This document shows positions 53,290 to 64,000 of a stretch of DNA of 64,000 nt, piece by piece. Position numbers and translations under genes: made by a program. Each line of letters begins with the position of its first letter. Position 1 is the stretch's first letter. The stretch comes from Eledone cirrhosa. Taxonomy: Eukaryota. The stretch is taken from positions 201,376,001 to 201,440,000 of the forward strand of contig OZ024743.1 in NCBI GenBank assembly GCA_964016885.1, in the 5' to 3' direction. Below the pieces are notes generated by a model. That model was not told where the DNA came from, searched no databases, and saw only the letters and a list, made by a program, of their open reading frames with translations.

Positions 53290-54561
53290 GATAATTATCA
53301 ATAAGAAATCAATTTATATTAATCAGGAATCAAATAGTAACTCTTACACAGAGAGAAAATGCATAACTATTCTTTGGATGAATGGACAGTTGTGCCAAGA
53401 ACCATACCATAAGTTGCTCTTCCCTAGTGATTTTATTAAAATAAGAAATTGATGTAATTTGTTTTAATAATGATAGTTTTAATTTCATTTAAGCTGTTAA
53501 TGTGCAAAAGAAAGACCAAAATATCACAGCTCCATTATTATTCTTCCCTCCAAAAATTCCTTACTTTATAATTTCCTAGAAAACTCTCCCATTATTACAC
53601 CAATAATATATGTATTCTTTATTATTTTATTTTAGTGGTATTTAGCTTTATTCCTTTACTTTCTGAGTTCTGATATCAATAGTGGTCAACATTGCATTTC
53701 AGCATTCCAGGGTTGAGATAAATATAATTAAATGATAATAAAAATGATTGTGTACAGTGCTCAGGTGCACTACAACTCATCAAAGGTGTTTGTATATTGC
53801 ATAGAATAATGTACAAAAGTCAGGAAAGTGAACAGTGTATGAGTCATGATATACATAGACACAGACATACACACACATGTGTGCGTGTGGAGGGGGAATA
53901 TCAGGTGTAGTATTGTCAAATTTTGGGTAGCATGGCCATTTTGAAGGATTTTGAAGGATTCAGCTTACAACTGATGAAGGTAGTTTGTTCCATGTTTCAG
54001 CATGTCTCAGTGTGAAAAAATGTTTCTGAAAGTCATGGATCTCAACTGTTTTCCAATTTTGTAAGCATGTCCACAGGTGTTAGACACATGGAAATAAAAA
54101 AAATGTGAGAATTTGTAGCTATCAAATCTATTGTTGCATTCACTTGGTTTATCATTTATGTGTGTAATATTCTATATCTAATACTGCATGCACCCCTCAT
54201 TTCTTCTTAGTCAGTACAATCATCTGCAGTCAAGGCCAATGTCTTCTGGCCATGCAACATTGCAGTTTCGAAACAGATGCACCATATAATCTGTCCTTCA
54301 CACCGAGATAGAATCCCTTTGTTGCCAGCAGAACTAACATCTCCCTGATTTTCCACTCCATACTCCCACTGGCTTTGTGTACTCACTCACACTTTCAGAA
54401 TATCAGCCTCTATTGCAAATGTTTCTTGGTATGTGTGTGTATATATATATATAAATGTAATCTACGTTTTTCAAATATTAATAATAATATTCGATTTTAT
54501 AAGCCATGTCAGTAGAATGAGCCCCTCATTCTTGCTCCTGTGTTGGCATGCAAACAGAACT

Positions 54562-54612
54562 GCAGACACTAATGTTTCTGGGTGATTACCCTTCATCAGT
54601 GTAGTTTACTGC
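54562..54612 (-). ncRNA. Minimal hammerhead-like motif (cleavage-site side degenerate)
   Basis: Minus strand: GCAGTAAACTACA CTGATGA A GGGT AATC ACCC A GAAAC ATTAGTGTCTGC. Confidence 0.6.
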
Positions 54613-54721
54613 TTACCTGCCAACTGTCAGTGCTAGTGAAAATATATATTTTCTGAAATATACAGTGACTGATTGGCCTTACCTTATTTGCATATTAGCA
54701 GACTGGCTGATCAGTCAGATC

Positions 54722-54793
<72 letters not shown>

Positions 54794-56934
54794 AATCTGA
54801 CTGATATATATATATGTATGTAAAAGGGAAATAGAAATAAATATGTATGTGTATGTGTATAAATCATTACTAGATGTTAAAAGTTAATACTGCAAACTTT
54901 CACAACAATCTGTCCACTAATAAAGATACTACAAGCATTTGGATTAAGAATCTCATATTTAAATATTTTATATTTTCACACCAATCTGACCAATAGTAAA
55001 GATACTATAAACTCTTGATTTAACAAGCATGTTTTTAGGTATATTCAGCCATATCATTACAGGATGTTAAGAGTTAATACTGCAGATTTTTACAATCTTC
55101 CACTATTAAAGATACTATAAACATTTATGATATTTTCTACTAGATCATTACAGGATTTTAAGAATTAAATCACACAACTGATTCAGTGTGTGTATGTGTG
55201 AGGAGGTTGTCTAGATATGAGTGTATGTGTATGAGTGCATGTACATGTATATGTGTGTGTGCTTCAGGTTGAGTAATTTGGTCTGTCACATAATTTTCAC
55301 TAATTGGAATTTTGAACTTAGCTCAAGGACTCCCATAGATGACTCATCCTACAAACAACATAAAGCGATGGGTTTCAGCCTTTTCACTACACAGGGCACT
55401 TTTTTTTATTTATTTAACCATTTAGCATTTAAACCAGCCATATCTGGCCAGAATTCTCTCACCTCTTTCTGTTCAAACTGGTTGTAACCATCTGCTCATA
55501 CTGACGTTGATGTGTAGTTCTCAAAATAAATCATTTCAAAAATATCATAGTATATATATAGAGTAATGTAAATGCTAAAGAGTTAAAAATGATTTTACTA
55601 TGCCTCTCCTCCCATCAGATTATTTGTTATACATGGAGAATAGTTCTCAAAAGAAAGAAATCTCCATACTTAGAGAAGAAAAGAATAGCCACCCACTAGT
55701 GTGAGCATATAACATTTTAACATAAAAAAGGATTTGAAATGTTGAAGAAGGACCACAAATACTGCCTTTATGGACACCCACGTTGTGAACTACTGACATC
55801 ACCTTATTGACACAGCACCATACAGTTTGTCTAATAATATATTCACCTTTGACCTATCAAATATATATCTCCCACACTAAATGATTTGAGAAAAGAAAGA
55901 TAAACTTATTAGATTAGGTGTGGTCATCATTTCTTGCTTTATCTCTTTCTTTTTGTTACTTTTTTCATGAAGAATAAATTTACAATGATAAAAATAATAT
56001 ATCGAATCAATAAATAAAATAAAACAAATAACAAAATAAATAAGATAAAAGTAATTCTACAAGAAATTAATATTCATTGCTATTCTAGAGAAATTTATGG
56101 TGCTGTTCACATTGTTAAACTCTATATTTATTAACTGAAATTCAAATAATAAAACGAAAAAAAAAAAATTCTTTAAACATCAATAATAATAATAATAATT
56201 AAACAAGAAAACAACAACTTATAAAGTTCAACTATAGTTATAAGTAATTGATATCAGTGCTTTGGACCCCAAAGCTATATTCAAATTTTATGAATATTTT
56301 TAGTTGAAACAAAGCTCATATTACACTGGGTAAACTTATAGTGATATTTTAAATACCCAGAATGTATTTCCTATAACTGAACATATTTCATATATTTCAT
56401 TTTTCTTTAGATATATTATTTTACTATTTTACTATTTTATTAAAATTTGAATATAAAATTAAGTTAAGCATACTTTTACTTTATTTTATATGTTCTAAAA
56501 TTGAATTTAATTTCTATTTTAGATAGATTTCTTACACACACACACACACACACACGTATAAGCTAGCATCGAAGATGGACGTTAAATGAAGATGATGATG
56601 ATGATGATGATATATATATATATATTATATATATACTTACATGTTTGTTATTATAATATCTGATATTTGAGTCATTCTAATAATTATTTATTTGTCACAA
56701 GGGCAGATCAAGTCTTTCTAATAATGGTGCACAATTCCAGTCTTCACTTACAGTTTATGACCGGCCCACAACAAAACCACCACCACCATCACCAATACCA
56801 TCACCACTACCACAGCTACACCACAGTCTCTTTCTTTGATTTGTTATATTCTTTTCAATCAATGATTACACCCTATTGAGGATATCTGTCATAAAACTTA
56901 GTTTATCATTATTATTATTATTACTAATAATAAT

Positions 56935-57940
56935 AATGGTTTCTGATTTAGGTACAAGGCCAGCAATTTTAGTGGAGAGGAAAGTCGATTATATTGACCC
57001 CAGTGTATTACAGTTACTTTATTTTATTGACACTATAAGGATGAAAGGCAATGCTAAGCTTGGCAGGATTGTGATAATAATAATTGTTTCTACTTTTGGC
57101 ACAAGGCCAGCAATTACCCAGTGTATTACTGGTACTTTATTTTATCGACCCCGTAAGGATGAAAGGCCAAGTTAACCTCGGCGGGATTTGAACTCAGATC
57201 ATAAAGGGACGTAACTCTATGCTTCAAAGCATGGCGTCCGACTCTCTACCCATACTGCCAATCCACCGTGATAATAATAATGGTAATGGTTTCTGACAAC
57301 AATAATTGTTTCTACTTTTGGCACAAGGCCAGCAATTATCTCAGTGTATTACTGGTACTTTATTTTATCGACCCTGTAAGGATGAAAGGCAATGTTAACC
57401 TCGACGGGATTTGAACTTGGACTGTAAAGGGACGTAACTATGCTAGAAAGCATGGCGTCCGACCCTTTATTGATACTGCCTTGACAATAATAATAATAAT
57501 GATAATAATTTTTTCTACTTTAGGCACAAGGCCAGCAATTTGTGGGGTGAGGAAAGTCAATTAAATCTACCCCAGTGCGTGACTAGTACTTTTTTTTTGT
57601 CGACCCACTTAAGGATAAAAGGCAAAGCTAAACTTGGCGGGATTTGAACTCAGAACTTAAAGGACCGTAACTCTATGCCACAAATGATGGTGTCCGATAC
57701 TCTACAGATTCTGTCAATTCACCGACCTTATAATAATAATAATAGTAATAATTGTTTCTACTTTTGGCACAAGGCCATCAATTACCCAGTACATTACTGG
57801 TACTATATTTTGTCGACCCTGTAAGGATGAAAGGTAAAGTTCACCGTGGCAGGATTTGAACTCAGACCGTAAAGGGACGTAACTATGCTGGAAAGCATAG
57901 TTTCCGACCCTCTACCGATACTGCCAATCCACTCCCCTTT
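56935..57940 (-). mobile_element. Tandem cluster of ~5 MetaSINE-like tRNA-SINEs separated by (AAT)n
   Basis: Repeated TTTCTACTTTTGGCACAAGGCC..ATCGACCC..GGATTTGAACTC..TACTGCCAATCC units. Confidence 0.8.
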
Positions 57941-58465
57941 AATAGTAATAATAATAATAGTAATATTAATAATAAAACTTTCCACTTTTGCCCATGTGAG
58001 CCAATGTCATTGGGGTCACTATAACAACAATATATAAATGATAATAAAATTAGCATTAACAACAACAATAATAATAATTTCAATAATCTTTTAATGAACT
58101 TTTCATAATTATTCCTATTTACACATCTGTTGATATTGATTTTATTTTCTGAAAAAAAAAATGACAAATTTTGTTTTTATTTTATATTTTAGTTTTAAGA
58201 AATTTCAGAAGCTTACTATCTGTTTTATTCTTATTTTTATATCTCTTTTATTATCTATTCATTATTTAACATTAAACAAATATATATATATTACTCGAAA
58301 TAGAGTTGCAGCTATCATATATATATATTATTCAAAATAGTTTTGCAGCCATCATATATATATATATATATATATATTTGAGTATATGTTGGTTGTTTAC
58401 TGACACCTCAGTATGCAGATTGGAGCACTCGACGAAGTACGCAGGTTGGTTTGCTTACTCCGGAG

Positions 58466-58819
58466 TAATGTAAAATAAAACAAGTAAGTCAAATATGTAA
58501 AATTTGGTTTCGTTTATTATTATAAATTTACTGCTATATATATTTCAGTGACAGCTATTATTGGCTGTGACCTCTTCAGGCAGTCCAAATTGGTGTGGAA
58601 AAGACAGGTACACATGTTGTTGAAGTGTGTTTCACTCTGTCAATACATCGATATGTCCAGGTCATGGGTGTGTACCTGTCTTTTCCACACCAATTTGGAC
58701 TGGCTGAAGAGGTCACAGCCAATAATAGCTCTCACCGAAATATATATAGCAGTAAATTTATAATTTATAATAAACGAAGCCAAATTTTACATATTTGACT
58801 TACTTATTTTATTTTATTA
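58466..58819. repeat. Inverted repeat (~150-bp arms, 54-nt spacer) with a hammerhead motif in each arm
   Basis: Arms 58466-58614 and 58669-58819 are reverse complements with few mismatches. Confidence 0.93.
58692..58759 (+). ncRNA. Minimal type I hammerhead ribozyme motif (mirror copy on - at ~58525-58591)
   Basis: AATTTGGACTG(G/C) CTGAAGA GGTCACAGC..GCT(C/G)TCAC(C/T) GAAA T ATAT A TA GCAGTAAATT. Confidence 0.8.
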
Positions 58820-58849
58820 TATATATATATATATATATACATATATATA

Positions 58850-58895
<46 letters not shown>

Positions 58896-60063
58896 GGTTG
58901 CAACTCTATTTTGAATAATGGCATCACTTGATACTTAAGCATGAGCCACATGTGCGTGGTATTTTAGTCTTGCTAGGGACTTGCCTATGGCCAGCCATGC
59001 CATACATAGCAAGAAATGTCACATATCAAGCAGTGCCTGTGCTTAAAGTTTTTTAAATTGAGGAAAGGCTTTGCATGGGGCCAATCCCACACACTGAATA
59101 TCAAATGCATTTACCCAAAAAGTAGAACTGATCTACATCATTGGATGCAAACAAAGTTATAGGTTTTATATCAGAGTGACCTCCTAGAGAGATATCTTAA
59201 TGAACACTAGGAGTCTCTCACTCCACAAAAAAATAATAAATCTTCTTTAATGTTTGTGTGTATGGGTATTAACATCAGTATTCAGGATTTGTTAAACTGA
59301 AAAAAGTTAGGAGCGGATATAGAATTTATCTTTTGTCTTGTGGTATGTGTGTATCGGTCTATGTGTGCCTACCCATTCTTCCAAGAGATAAAAGTAAGGA
59401 TAAAGATATAAATATAGATAAAATCATCATCATCATCATCATCATCAGCGTTTTACGTCCATTCTTCCACGCTAGCATGGGTTAGACGGGTTGTCCTGAT
59501 GTAGGCAGTGCCTGGTCAGCTGACCATATCTTGCTCATACAGGAACTGGTTTTGGCTTGATTTCTACAGCTGGATGCCCTTCCTAACACCAACCTCATTT
59601 ATATAGATATAGATATGATTGAAAGGGGTCCAGAGGCAGGGTTCCAGGAGGATTTGCAGAAAAAAACAAAGAGGAAGAAAAGAGATTAAAAAAAAATAAA
59701 TTAACAATATCATATATATATATATTAGATAGGGTGTGGTAAAAACCAGCTAGACCATAGCCCACTAGAGTACTCAATACTTGGAGTAGTATAATGGGTA
59801 ATATGAAAAGATTCAGGACCCTGGTCGCCCTCAGTTGAAACGGCCGGTGTTCAGCTGTTGGCGTTTTGAATCTTTTCATATATATATATATTGACAATTG
59901 ATATATCGGACCTAGGAAACAATGTTTCCGTTGGTCTTTCCAATTGCTAATACTATCTGTCGGTCACAACTCCAGGGAGATGGAGCAACATAAAATTAAG
60001 TATCTTGCTCAAGGACATAATGCATCGCCCATCCAAGAATCAGACTCACATATATATATTGAT

Positions 60064-60143
<80 letters not shown>

Positions 60144-60255
60144 CCATCATTTAATGTTAATTTTTTCATACTTGCATGGGTTAGATGGGTTGTCCATGTT
60201 ATGATACAGGCCTGGCCAGTTGGCCGGGACTTTTACCCCAAGATGCCTTTCGTTA

Positions 60256-61979
<1,724 letters not shown>

Positions 61980-62475
61980 GATATACATGTCTGCCTTTCA
62001 AGTAAACATGTCAATGAAATTATTGTTTAGGTTGTCAAAAATCAGAAGATTAAAATGAGAGAGAAAGAACTTTAGGTCTTTACAAGCTGGTCAAATTACA
62101 CAAAGAAACATTAAGAGAAAATCTACAAGTCATACCAAAATAATCTTACCAATTTTATTTTTCCATCCACTCACCCACCCTTGATATCTCCTTTTCCTCA
62201 CCCAACCCCACACACCATGCTGTTCATTCTTTCTCACTCACTCCCTCCCTCTCTGCCTTTATCCCCCCCCCCCACCTTCTCTCTTTATTACGCTAGTCTT
62301 TAGTTCTTTCATTCTTACACTTAATGTTTAGCAATTAAACTCTTCAACTGTTGATAGAAAAGGCATGGCAGGAAAAAAAGAAAGAAAAATGCCAGAGTAA
62401 ATAAACAAAAGCAATATAAAAATAAAATAACTATGAGTGAAGTGTAAAAAATACAACATATATATATATATATGT

Positions 62476-62510
<35 letters not shown>

Positions 62511-62725
62511 CTGTGTGATAAAATTATATCTGTATAGATACTGGGTGTGTAACTGAGACTGCAACAATGTATATATAAATATACACATTTTAAATATGCA
62601 GACATGTAAACATGTGAGAAAATATGAATTTCTTTGTAAATTGAAATAATGAACACCTTTAGTCAATTTTCAGATCTAATTGGAAGCTCATCAAAGGGCA
62701 TGTACATCATCCAATATAATATATA

Positions 62726-62772
<47 letters not shown>

Positions 62773-62968
62773 TTTCTGAATTTGTTTAGCAAGATTCTTT
62801 ATCTGAAATCGTGTGTTGAAACCGATATTGTTATAAATTTATAAGTTTGTAGATTTGTAAATTTATAAATTTATAAATATATAATAAATTGAAGTGAAAG
62901 CAACAGGTGCGTGTGTTTCTTATTGGCAACATGACCCTCCCAAAGTATAACAATATATATATATATAT

Positions 62969-63385
62969 ATTATAATAAAATAACAGGAGGCTGGACTTGT
63001 GTAAATCCTTGAAGGGTTTATTATACTATGATCATTTCAATGACCGGGTTCTGTATGAATCTGGTGATATCACGTATTCGAAATATAATAAATGAATATA
63101 ACAGATAAAGTCCATGGGCTGAAAATCATAGACCTGAGGACGACCGACCATCTAGCATCTTCCACTTTAGCCGGTCACCCTCAAGTGGAAGATGCTAGAT
63201 GGTCGGTCGTCCTCGGGTCTATGATTTTCAGCCCCATGGATTTTATCTGTTACATTCATTTATTATATTTTGAATACCTGATGATATCACCGGATTCATA
63301 TGGAACCCGGTCATTGAAATGATCATAGTATAATAAACCTTTCAAGGATTTACACAAGTCCAGCCTCCTGTTATTTTATTATAAT
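62969..63385. repeat. Inverted repeat (~200-bp arms, 15-nt loop) with a hammerhead motif
   Basis: Centre TCCACTT-TAGCCGGTCACCCTC-AAGTGGA; arms reverse-complementary with some mismatches. Confidence 0.93.
63272..63336 (+). ncRNA. Minimal type I hammerhead ribozyme motif
   Basis: ATAC CTGATGA (63278-63284), stem II ACCGG..CCGGT, GAAA (63316-63319), T GATC A TA GTAT. Confidence 0.8.
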
Positions 63386-63638
63386 AATTAACTCCGTACT
63401 TGCACCCCAACTACACAAACGAAAATGGTTTAGCTGCTTTACGTTGAGCACTCTCTATATTATTACATCAAGATTGACCATACGGAATGACCAACTCTAT
63501 CCAGTGGTGAACCTTCAAACCTAAATAAATATATATATATATATTTATTAAAATAACAGATTAAAGTTTAAGCAAAGAATCGCTGCTTTTACCCTTAACG
63601 GGATCTTCTGAAACTAACAAAGTCAATCTGTACGGTTG

Positions 63639-63710
63639 TTATATATTTGATATATATTTATCCTTATCGAGCCCTCTTTGGATTTTAGTCTTCAAATGTA
63701 TTATTATTAC

Positions 63711-63773
<63 letters not shown>

Positions 63774-63842
63774 ATAATAATAAATTTGAAGACTAAAATC
63801 CAAAGAGGGCTCGATAAGGATAAATATATATCAAATATATAA
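63639..63842. repeat. Inverted repeat (~70-bp arms) centred on (TA)n
   Basis: TTATCCTTATCGAGCCCTCTTTGGATTTTAGTCTTCAAA / TTTGAAGACTAAAATCCAAAGAGGGCTCGATAAGGATAA. Confidence 0.92.
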
Positions 63843-64000
63843 GAATCGTTTTATTTACTTTATTCTTAACTCTGAAGCCGAGAATCATTCGGTTTCCTAG
63901 TTAGAATTTTAGTCTACGACTTCAGTTATACCATGTACGTGGTTTTAGTCTTTGTATGCAATTGTTCTCCCTGCTCCACATATGACGTATTATCTTCGTT

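Noticed and set aside
58292-58918. Outer inverted flanks around the 58.5-kb palindrome as an inverted target-site duplication
   Set aside because: They match the 3' end of the repeat family at 22409-23013, so independent insertions explain them
59800-59882. Stem-loop with ~15-bp arms enclosing GAAACGGCCG next to (TA)n
   Set aside because: No CUGANGA core found; not enough to call a ribozyme
63575-63615. Minus-strand CAGAAGA-TCCC-GTTAA-GGGT-AAAAG hammerhead-like motif
   Set aside because: Two core mismatches and no clear stem I or III

Overview
AT-rich, microsatellite-dense animal DNA whose repeat content resembles a cephalopod such as Octopus (inference). No host gene is recognisable. 2.3-20.2 kb holds three head-to-tail L1/Tx1-clade LINEs on the minus strand, each ending in a (TTA)n tail. 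The middle copy has an intact 1139-aa ORF2, and the first is interrupted by a full-length RTE-type LINE with a PHD-like finger in its RT. Next come a 5'-truncated Penelope-like element (RT + GIY-YIG) between (TA)n tracts, a ~9 kb 44-bp minisatellite, a second RTE, a Tc1/mariner element, MITEs and many SINEs. The most striking unexplained structure is a set of non-coding units, mostly bounded by (TA)n tracts. Four are long near-perfect palindromes (24.2, 49.5, 58.5, 63.0 kb) and three are solo or near-solo (23.5, 50.6, 54.6 kb). They differ in sequence but carry a minimal type I hammerhead ribozyme motif (CUGANGA-stem II-GAAA-1-bp stem III with palindromic tetraloop-NUA) followed by a short unique tail. 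They look like inverted pseudo-LTR relics or non-autonomous ribozyme retroelements of (TA)n-targeting Penelope-like elements. A second class of inverted duplications is centred on (TA)n tracts themselves. Coordinates were read by eye and may be off by a few bases.
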